A stretch of DNA of 64,000 nt from an uncultured bacterium (GCA_903893315.1 CAITLU010000013.1:155026-219025), one strand, 5' to 3'. Numbered from the stretch's first letter, positions 23,831-33,604 are shown. Notes: generated by a model not told the origin, from the letters alone. Numbers and translations: made by a program.

Positions 23831-24907
23831 ATGGACCCGGACATCCGGCCCATGGCACGCGATTTGCTTCTCACCACTGCCAATGGCGAAACGGAGTGCA
23901 GAATGAGGCGAGCAAGTCCCAAGGTAATCGACGCGGCGTCCGCCTCGCCGACGCGGTCGGTTGCAGCGGGCGACGCGGCTGATGGCGGCGCCGCGACCGA
24001 TTCGCCGCTACCCGACAAGATCCCGCGTTTCCTGAGAACCGAGAGGTTGCTGCACTGGGCACTCGCCTTGCCGTTCCTCGGCTGCCTCTTCAGCGCTGTC
24101 GCGCTGGTCGTCGTCTACAACCCGGATCCGACGCGACCTTACCGCTACGTCTTCGCCTGGGCTCACCGCGGCTGTGGTGCCGCACTGTTCATCCTGCCGA
24201 GCCTCGTCCTGCTCACCAGCGGACGCCACATGCGAGTGCTGCTCTACAACATCCGCCAGGCGTGGGGCTGGAGACTCGACGACATCAAGTGGCTGATGCT
24301 GATGGGCCCGGCCACCGTCTTCAAGCGGATCGTGCTGCCCGACCAGGGCAAGTTCAACGCTGCCGAAAAACTGAATTTCATGATGGTGATGGTCTTTACC
24401 CCGCTTTTCATAGCCAGCGGCATCGCGATCTGGCTGCCCGACTACACTTCGCTCGACCCGTTCGCACCGTGGATGTTTCACTGCGCCCTGGCCGCAACCG
24501 GACTGCCGCTGATTCTCGGCCACATGTTCATGGCCATGATCAACCCCGAAACTCGCGTCGGGCTGAGCGGCATGATCACCGGCTCGGTGAGCCGAACCTG
24601 GGCCCAGCATCACTACGCGCGCTGGTATCGCGAGCAGTTTCCCCACCTGGTCGCTGCCGGCGGCGACCACCACAAATCCGGCGCTGAACCGGCAACTGCG
24701 GCGGCCGTGGATGGGCAAACGTCGCCGGAGGTCACATCGAATGAATTGGAGCAACCGCGCGATGCGACAATGCGGGCCGCTGAGAGTAGGGTGGCGTGCG
24801 AAGACGAATATGAATCGAGCGATCCCGGGGGGGACGAGGCTGGATGTGTCCGCGAGGCGTATTTCGCCAGCGATGCAGGTGCTTCGAGAGACGTGATGGC
24901 GCCCTGA
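23831..24907 (+). CDS. Di-heme b-type cytochrome, membrane subunit (FdnI/HydC Ni/Fe-hydrogenase b-cytochrome family)
   Basis: Four predicted transmembrane helices carry His in TM1 (LHWALALPF), TM2 (AWAHRGCG) and twice on TM4 (FHCALAATGLPLILGH). The NAAEKLNF motif is present. The exact start is uncertain. The C-terminal tail is acidic. Confidence 0.7.
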   Translation: MDPDIRPMARDLLLTTANGETECRMRRASPKVIDAASASPTRSVAAGDAADGGAATDSPLPDKIPRFLRTERLLHWALALPFLGCLFSAVALVVVYNPDPTRPYRYVFAWAHRGCGAALFILPSLVLLTSGRHMRVLLYNIRQAWGWRLDDIKWLMLMGPATVFKRIVLPDQGKFNAAEKLNFMMVMVFTPLFIASGIAIWLPDYTSLDPFAPWMFHCALAATGLPLILGHMFMAMINPETRVGLSGMITGSVSRTWAQHHYARWYREQFPHLVAAGGDHHKSGAEPATAAAVDGQTSPEVTSNELEQPRDATMRAAESRVACEDEYESSDPGGDEAGCVREAYFASDAGASRDVMAP

Positions 24908-24996
24908 TTGCATCACTGCCGCTACCCGCAATTTATTGCGCGCATCCGCGATCCTTTGCGCGATTTTGTGCGCGGATATCGGCAGTGAAAGTTCGG

Positions 24997-26499
24997 ATGG
25001 CCACCCTCATGGCGTTCACGAGCGCGTTGTTGGCCGCGGTGCCTGGGATCGTGCGTAACAAATGGAAAGGCGCCCGTCGAAGCTCCGCACGTCGGTTTCA
25101 CACGAATCTAACGACGACGTGTGGACGATGGCATTCGCCATGTGTTCTGCTGTGCCTGATGCTGCTCACTAGCACACCGATGGTCTTCCGTTCCACACCG
25201 GCACGGGCCTCCTGGGTCGAGTCGCTGGTCATGCCGGGCGAAGTCGCGGCCAAGCACGCCAAGATCGAGCACGAATGCACCAAGTGTCACGCACCGCTCG
25301 ACAAGGTGGCGCAGGAAAAACTTTGCCTGGACTGCCACAAGGAGGTGGCCGCGGATCTGCTCGAAAAGCGCGGGTTCCACGGCCAGTCACCCGATGTCAG
25401 CGGACGGCCGTGCAAGACTTGCCACGCCGAGCACAAGGGACGCACCGCCGACCTGGTGCATCTCGACCGCGACAAGTTCGACCACCGGCTGACCGATCAC
25501 CCGCTGGTCGGCGCCCATCTGCTGGCGAAATGCGACGGCTGCCACAAATCCGACAAGCGCTTTCGCGAAGCGCCTCCGCACTGCAGCGACTGTCACACCG
25601 CCAAAGATCCGCACGAAGGTACCCTCGGGCTCACCTGCAACAACTGCCACGATGAGTCAGCCTGGAAATCAGTGCGCTTCAACCACGACACCGTTGCCTT
25701 TCACCTGGAGGGCCGCCACCGTGAAGCGCACTGCGATGACTGTCACAAGACTCGCCTTTTCAAGTCCACCGCGACGGACTGCTTCTCGTGCCACGAGCGC
25801 AAGGACGATCACCACGGCAGCTTCGGCCGCGACTGTCAGTCCTGTCACACGACGCGCGGGTTTGCCGGCACGACGTTCGACCACGCCCGCAAGACGAAGT
25901 TTCCCCTGGTCGGAAAGCACGCGCACGTCGCGTGCGGGAAATGCCACAAAAACGGGCTTGCCGCAGCACTCACGCCGACCAACTGCCACGACTGCCACGA
26001 GTACGACGCGAGCCGTCACGGACTGTTCGGGAGCAAGTGCGAGAGTTGCCACACGCCGGACGACTGGCGGCGCACGATCTTCGACCACGACCGGGACACT
26101 CACTTTCCGTTGCGCGGCCACCACGTCGGTCGCCGCTGCACCGACTGTCACCGCTCGGACCTGCGCGTGGAACGCCCCGACCAGAAGTGTGTCGGCTGCC
26201 ATCGCGACGACGACGTCCACCACGGTCGCCAGGGCACCGACTGCAAACACTGCCACGACGAACGCGGCTGGAGTCGCGACGTGCTGATCGACCACAACGC
26301 AACCCGCTTTGCGCTGACGGGCGCGCATGCGCGGACAGCCTGCCTGCGCTGCCACCAGTCACCGCAGTTCAAGGAAGTCGCGCTGGAGTGCGTCGGCTGT
26401 CACAAGGAAGACGCCTCCGCGCACCGCTGCGAACGCGGCAGCGATTGCGCTCGCTGTCACGACACCTCCAACTTCCACACGATCAAGGCGGCCCACTGA
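24997..26499 (+). CDS. 18-heme c-type cytochrome made of six tandem tri-heme cytochrome c7-type domains
   Basis: There are 18 CxxCH motifs in a periodic pattern of about 75 aa: F-x-H-x(2-3)-H ... CxxCH ... CxxCH ... CxxCH, repeated six times. The start and signal peptide position are uncertain. Confidence 0.85.
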   Translation: MATLMAFTSALLAAVPGIVRNKWKGARRSSARRFHTNLTTTCGRWHSPCVLLCLMLLTSTPMVFRSTPARASWVESLVMPGEVAAKHAKIEHECTKCHAPLDKVAQEKLCLDCHKEVAADLLEKRGFHGQSPDVSGRPCKTCHAEHKGRTADLVHLDRDKFDHRLTDHPLVGAHLLAKCDGCHKSDKRFREAPPHCSDCHTAKDPHEGTLGLTCNNCHDESAWKSVRFNHDTVAFHLEGRHREAHCDDCHKTRLFKSTATDCFSCHERKDDHHGSFGRDCQSCHTTRGFAGTTFDHARKTKFPLVGKHAHVACGKCHKNGLAAALTPTNCHDCHEYDASRHGLFGSKCESCHTPDDWRRTIFDHDRDTHFPLRGHHVGRRCTDCHRSDLRVERPDQKCVGCHRDDDVHHGRQGTDCKHCHDERGWSRDVLIDHNATRFALTGAHARTACLRCHQSPQFKEVALECVGCHKEDASAHRCERGSDCARCHDTSNFHTIKAAH

Positions 26500-29183
26500 T
26501 GGCAACGCCGAAGCACATCGCTCTGTGGATCAGTGTTCTGCTTGCCGCTTTGTCGGCGGCGCCGCTGCATGCCGCCTGCACGGGCGGAGGAACTTCGGGC
26601 CTGGCCCCGCCGGCAGTTTCTTTCCTGCGCAGTTACCGCGCCCCGTTCGGTGCGCCGACTCGCATGGCGGTCGATGCTTCCGGAAAGATCTATGTGACCG
26701 ATCCCTCGCAGGGACAGGTCGTCGTGCGCGAAGCGAGCGGGCGGATCATCTCGCGTGCGACCGTCGCAACGCGCCCGGTGAGCGTCGCGGTCAACGCTGC
26801 CGGCCGCGTCTATGTTGGCGATTCAACTTCGGGCAGCGTCACCGCCTACGACTCAGAGTGGAACGCGGTGCTGCGATTCGGCCGGGGCGACGGCGAATTC
26901 CAGCAACCGAGCGATCTGTCGTTGGAAGCCGCCACCGGCGACGTCTACGTCGCCGACAGCGCGGCCCAACTGGTGAAGGTCTACAGCGCCGACGGCATTT
27001 TCCTGCGTTCATTCGGCGGGCAGGGTAACGGCGACGGCGAATTCAACTACCCGGTAGGCGTATTCGTCGACGCGCCTGCGCGCCGTGTGCTGGTAGCCGA
27101 CCAGCTCAACTATCGAATCCAGGTCTTCGATCTGAGCGGCACTTTCGTCAGTTGCTTCGGCGGGCACGGCAGCGGCGCGGGGAATTTCAACATGCCGCAG
27201 GGCGTGACGGTCGACGGCCTGGGCCGCGTGTACGTCGCCGATGCCGTCGAAGGACGCGTCCAGGTGCTCGACCGCAGCGGCGACTTCGTCGGCTTCATCG
27301 GTGACTTCGGCGACGACGCCGCGCAACTGCGCATTCCCATCGGCATGGTCATCGATCCGTCCAACAGGTTGTTCGTCGCCGCTTCCAACAACGCGCGTCT
27401 CGAAGTGTTCGGGCTCGACACCTTCGCCGATCCGGAAACCATCCTGCCCGCCGTGGTTCGGGTGGAGCCGGAAATGATCGAGCGGGCCACGCCGGGAAAC
27501 TCGATCGGCGCGTACCTGGAAGTGCCGGGATACATGCTCGACCGCATCGACGCCGCCAGCATTGTCGCGAACGGCGTTCCCGCGCTGCCGGGTACGAACT
27601 CGATCGGCGATGGGAATGGTGACGGCGTTGCCGACCTGCGCGTCGAGTTCGCTCCCACGGCTTTGCTGGCCACTCTTCCCGCCGGCGGCATCGGCGGCAT
27701 CGCCATCTCCGGAACTTTGTCCGGCATTCGCTTCGAGGGATCGACGACGGTTCGTGTGAGCACCTGCGGGCCCACCACGGTGTGCCCGCTCGGTGCAGCC
27801 GACCCTCAGTGCAACGAAGCCGTGTGCGACGCGGCAACCGGTTGCACCGTGCGGCCGAAAAACGACGGCGCCGGTTGCGAAGACGGCAGTGCCTGCACGA
27901 TGGACGACGTCTGCGCCGCTGGCATATGCACCGGTGCGACGCTGGCCTGCAACGACGTCAACGTCTGCACCGACGACGGCTGCGACACCGCTGCCGGTTG
28001 CGTCTTCGCCGCCAATACCGCGCCGTGCGACGACGCGAACGCCTGCACCACCGACGACACCTGTGCAGCACAAACCTGTTCGGGCGCGGCGATAACGTGC
28101 AACGACGGCAATGCCTGCACCGACGACGGCTGCGACACCGTGACCGGCTGCGTATTCGCCGCCAATAACGCACCGTGTGACGACGCGAGCATCTGCACCA
28201 CGGACGACACATGCGTGGACGGCGTCTGCACGGGAACGCGGATTTCCTGCAATGACGGCAACCTATGCACCGACGATGTCTGTGATCCGCTGGCCGGCTG
28301 CACGCACGCCGATAATCGCGGACCTTGTGACGACGGCGATCCGGGAACGGTAGCCGACACCTGCGACGGCAACGGTCTGTGCCGTGGCCAGACCGCGACA
28401 GGCCAATACGCGATCCTGCAGTGGCCCCCGGAATCGTCCGGGCGCCGGACGGTGACGATTGCGGCTCGTGGCCTGGTCGGCGGCAACGTGTGCGCCGAAA
28501 ACATCAGCATCGGCCGATCGGTCGAGGTGAACGGCGACGTTCTGGCCTGGTCGCCCGTCGATCGCGCGCTCAGCTTGCGTTCCGGCGTCTGGATCGACGG
28601 CAACGTCGTGAGCGGCGGCGGAGCGATTACCGGCCTCGAATTCGCAACCATCGGCGGCCTGGTCGATTCGGCCGGCGGCACCGCCGAATTCGAAGACTGC
28701 TTCGCTGCACGCTACCAAGCCGCGCAGCGCCGCGCCGAGTTCGTGACGTTGCTCCCCACGCCCGGAATGACCACGGGATCGCTGCGGCTCGGCGTGTTGG
28801 AAGAACGGCGAATTCCCGAGACGGGAGACGTCGGCAGCGGCCTGATCGTGATCGACGCCGACAGCATCAACCTGGCGACCTCGAGTCGGCTGACGATCGT
28901 CGGCGACGCATCAACCGAACAGGTCGTGGTCCGCGTTCGCGGCCGGCTTATCCTGGAACGCGGCGCGAGCATCGTCGTCGAAGGATTTCCGGCAGAGCGA
29001 CTGATCTTCGTGGTGGACGGAACAATCAACCTGCGGTTGCAGACGCGCGTCGATGGTTCGCTGTTCGGAGCCGGGACGGTCCGGATCGGCAGCGGCGGCG
29101 CGGTCAGCGGCGCGGTCATCGGCCGCACCGTCGACCTGGCTCATTCGGCAAGTATCAATCTGCAACCGTTCGTGGGGTGGTGA
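26499..29183 (+). CDS. Secreted NHL-repeat beta-propeller protein with cysteine-rich tandem repeats and a C-terminal beta-helix-like region
   Basis: The ATG overlaps the upstream TGA (ATGA). The signal peptide is MATPKHIALWISVLLAALSAAPLHAAC. NHL blades are present (YVADsxnxRVqVfD-like, about 6). Four repeats of about 51 aa follow, of the form CNDGNxCTDDGCDtxxGCvfaaNxxPCDDxxxCTTDDTC. A G/V/I-rich repetitive tail ends the protein. Confidence 0.8.
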   Translation: MATPKHIALWISVLLAALSAAPLHAACTGGGTSGLAPPAVSFLRSYRAPFGAPTRMAVDASGKIYVTDPSQGQVVVREASGRIISRATVATRPVSVAVNAAGRVYVGDSTSGSVTAYDSEWNAVLRFGRGDGEFQQPSDLSLEAATGDVYVADSAAQLVKVYSADGIFLRSFGGQGNGDGEFNYPVGVFVDAPARRVLVADQLNYRIQVFDLSGTFVSCFGGHGSGAGNFNMPQGVTVDGLGRVYVADAVEGRVQVLDRSGDFVGFIGDFGDDAAQLRIPIGMVIDPSNRLFVAASNNARLEVFGLDTFADPETILPAVVRVEPEMIERATPGNSIGAYLEVPGYMLDRIDAASIVANGVPALPGTNSIGDGNGDGVADLRVEFAPTALLATLPAGGIGGIAISGTLSGIRFEGSTTVRVSTCGPTTVCPLGAADPQCNEAVCDAATGCTVRPKNDGAGCEDGSACTMDDVCAAGICTGATLACNDVNVCTDDGCDTAAGCVFAANTAPCDDANACTTDDTCAAQTCSGAAITCNDGNACTDDGCDTVTGCVFAANNAPCDDASICTTDDTCVDGVCTGTRISCNDGNLCTDDVCDPLAGCTHADNRGPCDDGDPGTVADTCDGNGLCRGQTATGQYAILQWPPESSGRRTVTIAARGLVGGNVCAENISIGRSVEVNGDVLAWSPVDRALSLRSGVWIDGNVVSGGGAITGLEFATIGGLVDSAGGTAEFEDCFAARYQAAQRRAEFVTLLPTPGMTTGSLRLGVLEERRIPETGDVGSGLIVIDADSINLATSSRLTIVGDASTEQVVVRVRGRLILERGASIVVEGFPAERLIFVVDGTINLRLQTRVDGSLFGAGTVRIGSGGAVSGAVIGRTVDLAHSASINLQPFVGW
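27948..28390 (+). repeat. Intragenic tandem DNA repeat (about 150 bp unit, about 3 copies) encoding the cysteine-rich modules
   Basis: Units beginning tgcaacgacg...ctgcaccgacgacggctgcgacacc recur at 27948, 28098 and 28248, with decreasing identity. Confidence 0.6.
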
Positions 29184-29191
29184 AGACGTCG

Positions 29192-30580
29192 ATGGCATCG
29201 AAGCTGACAGCGTTCTCGTGGCTGCTCCTGACGTGGGCGGCGTACGCGTCGGGGCCGGCATACGCGCTCGACCCGCCGCACGACGTCAGTCGGTCGATCG
29301 ACTGCGCCAGTTGCCACATCTCGCACCATGCGGCGGGCGGCTCGATCACCCGGATCAGCGGTAACTCCAACCTGTGCGCGAGTTGCCACTCGGCCGGCGG
29401 CGTTGCGGCCACAAGCGCGCTCGCCAACAGCGACCAGGCGATCCCCGGCGTGAGCGGCACTTCACACCGCTGGGATTCCGGCGCGTCCGGCTGGGTGAAG
29501 AAGAATCCCGCCAACACCTCGACCGGAACGGTGCGCTCCACCGGCGTCTTCACCGGGCGCTATCGCAAGACCTACACGATCACCATCACCGCCGACGGTG
29601 TCGGCAACGCCGGTGGTGCCCAGTTCGCGTGGACCACGTCCACGCCGCAGCGCAATACGTACCTCGATGCGTTCCCAGCGCTGGCATACAACGGCAGCAG
29701 CGGCACGCAGGATTGGAGCGCAACCGCATGGCAGGAGAGCGGCGAGGCCGACGGCGTTGCCGCCGGCGTCGTGCGCGTCGTGACCAACGCCGCGTGCGCC
29801 GCCGGCAACTGCCTTCGCGTGGGCGGCGTAATCATCAACGGCATCAGCGTGGCGCGTGCGGCCGATCTTCACGCGGGCACGGCCGCCATGCTGACGTTCA
29901 GCTACCGCCGCCAGCTTGCTGCCTGTCCAAATACGAACACCGACGGGGTGGCGCTTCAGGTAAGCGCGGACGCTGTTTCGTGGACGACGCTGGCTACTTA
30001 CGTGCTGAACGCGTGCGATGCAGCGCAGGTGGAACAGGCCTTCGACGTCACGGCCTACATCGCGGCGACAACCGCGATTCGCTTCCTCGGTACCGGAACC
30101 AGCGCAGCCACCGACTTCATCTACGTCGACGACGTGCAGATTGAGAACCTCGTTGCCGGCGGCGGCGCCGCCGGCGTTTCGGCTGCCGGCACCGTAGCCC
30201 TCGACGAGGGCATCAGCGTGACGTTCGGCAACGGGACATCATCGCCCTACTTCAAGCTCGGCAGCCAGTGGACCGTCTACGCCAACCCGGACATCAACCA
30301 GCCGACGTCCTTCGCTCTTGCCGCGCGCCTGGCTAATGAAAAGGTCACCTGCTCCACCTGCCACAACGAGCACAGCCAGTTGGCTGAGCCGTTCGATCTG
30401 GCGGCGCCGGCCTACCCGTTGACGGGGAACGGCGGGGAGGGACGACACAACCAGCGTCTCGACAACGACATCAACCAGATATGCGTCGACTGCCACAGTG
30501 CGCGCAACGTCACCGCGGCGCAGAGTTCACATCCGGTGGGAATCGTCATCCCCGCCACCGGCTCGTACAAGAACCCATAG
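29192..30580 (+). CDS. Tetra-heme c-type cytochrome with a large non-heme central domain, secreted
   Basis: The signal peptide is MASKLTAFSWLLLTWAAYASGPAYA. Two CASCH motifs lie near the N-terminus, and CSTCH and CVDCH lie near the C-terminus. They flank about 300 aa of beta-rich sequence with no heme motif. Confidence 0.8.
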   Translation: MASKLTAFSWLLLTWAAYASGPAYALDPPHDVSRSIDCASCHISHHAAGGSITRISGNSNLCASCHSAGGVAATSALANSDQAIPGVSGTSHRWDSGASGWVKKNPANTSTGTVRSTGVFTGRYRKTYTITITADGVGNAGGAQFAWTTSTPQRNTYLDAFPALAYNGSSGTQDWSATAWQESGEADGVAAGVVRVVTNAACAAGNCLRVGGVIINGISVARAADLHAGTAAMLTFSYRRQLAACPNTNTDGVALQVSADAVSWTTLATYVLNACDAAQVEQAFDVTAYIAATTAIRFLGTGTSAATDFIYVDDVQIENLVAGGGAAGVSAAGTVALDEGISVTFGNGTSSPYFKLGSQWTVYANPDINQPTSFALAARLANEKVTCSTCHNEHSQLAEPFDLAAPAYPLTGNGGEGRHNQRLDNDINQICVDCHSARNVTAAQSSHPVGIVIPATGSYKNP

Positions 30581-30588
30581 GATCCACC

Positions 30589-31971
30589 ATGACGCGGCTC
30601 AACCGATTTCTCAGCGCGGCCTGCATTCTCCTGGCGTCATCGCTCGCCGGAATCGCCGCGGCCCAGACCCCGGCGCCGTTGCCTGCCGCTGCCTTTCCTC
30701 TGCCGCTCGACAAGAAGATGAACATGGTGCGCTGCACCACGTGTCACGACGCGCACTTCCAGAGCGGCGGCAACGGCATGCTGCTGCGCAGCGGCGACAT
30801 CAACGCTCTGTGCACCGATTGTCACACTCTGGCCGACACCGCTTCTCCGGCCGCGCACCTCGATCCCTCCACCGGCGTGCTGTGGCCCGGCCCGCAGTAC
30901 GGCACACTTTTCCCGCGCGTAACCGACACGTCACAGCGCGGCTTCTGCAGCAACTGTCACCAGGCGCACGGCTGGCCCGACGAGGCCAACGCGGGGCAGG
31001 ACTACCCATCGCTGCTGGTCAATCGCGAAGAGAACCTATGTTTCGCCTGTCACGACGGAAGCCCCGCGGCCAAGAACGTCATTGCCTCGTTCGCCAAGAG
31101 TTACCGCCACCCCACTACCGACTACAGCAACCGTCACACCACCACCGAGGACGGCGTAGCGGCAAACTTCGGCACGTCCAATCGTCACGCCGAATGCACG
31201 GACTGTCACGACGCCCACGTCGCCCGCGCCGACGCTACCGCACCGGTTGCGCCGGCGGCTTGGAACAGCATCCGCGGAGTCAGTCGAATCGCGGTCACCA
31301 ACGGCGCCGCCGGTACCGCGCCGGCGTACACATACCGCGGACCCACCGACACAACCGCGCCCGTGGCCGAATATCAGCTGTGTTTCAAGTGTCATTCGTC
31401 GTGGACCACCCGGCCCGCGGGCCAGTCGGACCTGGCCGTGCGTTTCAACACCAACAACCCCTCCTTCCACCCGGTGGAAGGTCAGGGCAAGAACCTCAAC
31501 ATCAACGTCAACTCCTTCGTGCCAGGCTGGAATGCGCTGCGCACGACATACTGCAGCGACTGTCACGCAGACAACGACGCGAGCGTGCGTGGCCCGCACG
31601 GCTCTCAGTACCGCTACCTGCTCAAACGGCCCTATGTGGCGAGCGGCGCGTCGCGCACGACCGCCGCAACCGAGGCGTGCTTCGACTGCCACACCTTTGC
31701 CACCTACGCTAGCACCGTGTCCAGCGACACCGTGCTTGGCTACAGCCGCTTCAACCGGCCCGGTTTTGAAGAAGGCCACTCTTTCCACGTCGTCAAAAAG
31801 GGGGCTCCCTGCTACGCCTGCCACGACTCGCACGCTTCCAGCACCAAGCCGCATCTGATCGTCACCGGCCGGGTTCCGGGTCTGAACAGCTACACCGAAA
31901 CGGCAACCGGCGGCAGTTGCTCCCCTACGTGCCATGGCACACAAACCTACAGGATAAACTATGCGCGCTGA
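30589..31971 (+). CDS. Deca-heme c-type cytochrome (paired-CXXCH, Geobacter-type), secreted
   Basis: The signal peptide is MTRLNRFLSAACILLASSLAGIAAA. There are nine CxxCH motifs plus one CxxxCH (CSPTCH). Confidence 0.85.
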   Translation: MTRLNRFLSAACILLASSLAGIAAAQTPAPLPAAAFPLPLDKKMNMVRCTTCHDAHFQSGGNGMLLRSGDINALCTDCHTLADTASPAAHLDPSTGVLWPGPQYGTLFPRVTDTSQRGFCSNCHQAHGWPDEANAGQDYPSLLVNREENLCFACHDGSPAAKNVIASFAKSYRHPTTDYSNRHTTTEDGVAANFGTSNRHAECTDCHDAHVARADATAPVAPAAWNSIRGVSRIAVTNGAAGTAPAYTYRGPTDTTAPVAEYQLCFKCHSSWTTRPAGQSDLAVRFNTNNPSFHPVEGQGKNLNINVNSFVPGWNALRTTYCSDCHADNDASVRGPHGSQYRYLLKRPYVASGASRTTAATEACFDCHTFATYASTVSSDTVLGYSRFNRPGFEEGHSFHVVKKGAPCYACHDSHASSTKPHLIVTGRVPGLNSYTETATGGSCSPTCHGTQTYRINYAR

Positions 31972-32394
31972 TCCACGCACCGCGGTCTCACTCGCCACGT
32001 CGAATACGTGCGCCGCGCGTTTACGCGCTCCGTGCGCCGCCGGCCCTGAGCACCTTTTGGCGAATCGTCGAGCATCCGAAGACTACCGTGCGATCCTGCA
32101 AGTACGGCGCGTTAGCGCGCAAACAATTGCTCGGTTCGGGGCTCGCGCATCAGGACGGTTCGTTGACTTCGCGTCGGCTGCGGCCGGATTGGGTTGGCCC
32201 GCGATACCTGAAATCACCAGGGCACCGGAAATGCGCGCCGACGATGCTGCGTCCTGGAACAGGCAGAATGCGGCGAAAAACAACGCGAAGACTCCATGAA
32301 CGCTTCGGACAGGCTCTCGTCCGCCATCGTCTCGATTTTGCCGAAAGCATCCGGCAGCGGGTTGGCTCGCGTGTTGCTTATCAAACGACCTCTC

Positions 32395-33486
32395 ATGAAT
32401 GTGGCGTTTCGCACAAGGTGGACGAGGGACGCACGTTTTGCGGTGAACACTGCGGCGCTCGCGTGGTGCATGGGCATGGTCGCGGGCTGCGCGGCACAGC
32501 AAAAGCCGCAGGACATGTTCTGGCCCGACCCTCCGGACAAGCCGCGCATCAGGTTCGTGCGCAACCTCCAATCCAAGAGCGATCTCGGCGCCCCGGCCTT
32601 GCTCGAAACGCTGGTCGGACGCGACAAGGAGCAGGCCCTTTACCAGCCGATGGGCCTTGCGCTTTCCGATGACTGCCAGCGCCTCTACGTAGCCGATCGG
32701 GTCTGGAACTCCGTTTTCGTTTTCGATTTCCAATCCAAGGCCGTGCGCACCATCGGAGGCGACGAGCGTTATCCGCTGACAATGCCGGTCGGCGTAGCCC
32801 TGGACGGGGACGAGAACGTCTACGTCGCCGATACCGGCACACGCACGGTCCGCGTCTACGACAAGACCGGAAAGTTTCTGCGCGGCATCGGCAAGGACCA
32901 GCTCGTGCGGCCGACGGGAATCACCATCGACGCAACGCGCGGGCGGCTCTACGTCGTCGACACCGGACAGAACGACACTCCCGAAGCGCACCGGGTGAAA
33001 GTATTCGACCTCGCGGGCGGCCTGATACGAGAGATCGGACGGCGCGGCGAAAGCGACGGCGAATTCAATTTCCCGACCTTCGCCAACCTCGACGCGCAAG
33101 GCCGGCTCTACGTCGTCGACTCCGTGAACAGCCGTATCCAGGTCTTCGATCCGGATGGGAAGTTCTTGTGGAAGTTCGGCAGTTCCGGCGACCACATCGG
33201 GAATTTCGCGCGCCCCAAGGGCGTGGCGGTCGACAGCTTCGGCAACATCTACGTGGTCGATTCGCGCTGGGGCAACGTGCAGATCTTCAACCAGCAGGGG
33301 CAGCTGCTGATGCTTTTCGCCGGAGTCGGAGAGTACCCCGGACTGATGATCAACCCCGGCGCCATCGTCATCGACCGCCACAATCGAATCTACGTCTCCG
33401 ACACGCTGGGGAGACGCGTGAGCATCTACGAACTCATCGGCACATCTGCCGAAGACAGCCTCGAGTCACGGGGCACAGCGCCATAA
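32395..33486 (+). CDS. NHL-repeat beta-propeller lipoprotein
   Basis: The lipobox is MVAGC. Six NHL-like blades are present (LYVADrvwNsVfVFD, VYVADTGTRTVRVYD, LYVVDTGQ..., LYVVDSVNSRIQVFD, IYVVDSRWGNVQIF, IYVSDTLGRRVSIYE). Confidence 0.8.
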   Translation: MNVAFRTRWTRDARFAVNTAALAWCMGMVAGCAAQQKPQDMFWPDPPDKPRIRFVRNLQSKSDLGAPALLETLVGRDKEQALYQPMGLALSDDCQRLYVADRVWNSVFVFDFQSKAVRTIGGDERYPLTMPVGVALDGDENVYVADTGTRTVRVYDKTGKFLRGIGKDQLVRPTGITIDATRGRLYVVDTGQNDTPEAHRVKVFDLAGGLIREIGRRGESDGEFNFPTFANLDAQGRLYVVDSVNSRIQVFDPDGKFLWKFGSSGDHIGNFARPKGVAVDSFGNIYVVDSRWGNVQIFNQQGQLLMLFAGVGEYPGLMINPGAIVIDRHNRIYVSDTLGRRVSIYELIGTSAEDSLESRGTAP

Positions 33487-33604
33487 GCCGCTGGGGGAGG
33501 GGCGTATTCCGGCGAATGATGCGCGAAGTCGGACATCGAGAAATACAAACGAAGCTAGAGAGCGTGAAACGAACAGACGGAAAGGAACGATAGGAGGTTC
33601 CATC

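Noticed and set aside
25788-26498. The ORF track shows long N-terminal extensions of the NHL mosaic gene (from 25788) and of the tetra-heme gene (from 28379).
   Set aside because: The extensions lie inside the preceding gene in another frame. Convincing signal peptides begin exactly at the in-frame ATGs 26499 and 29192, right after the upstream stop codons.
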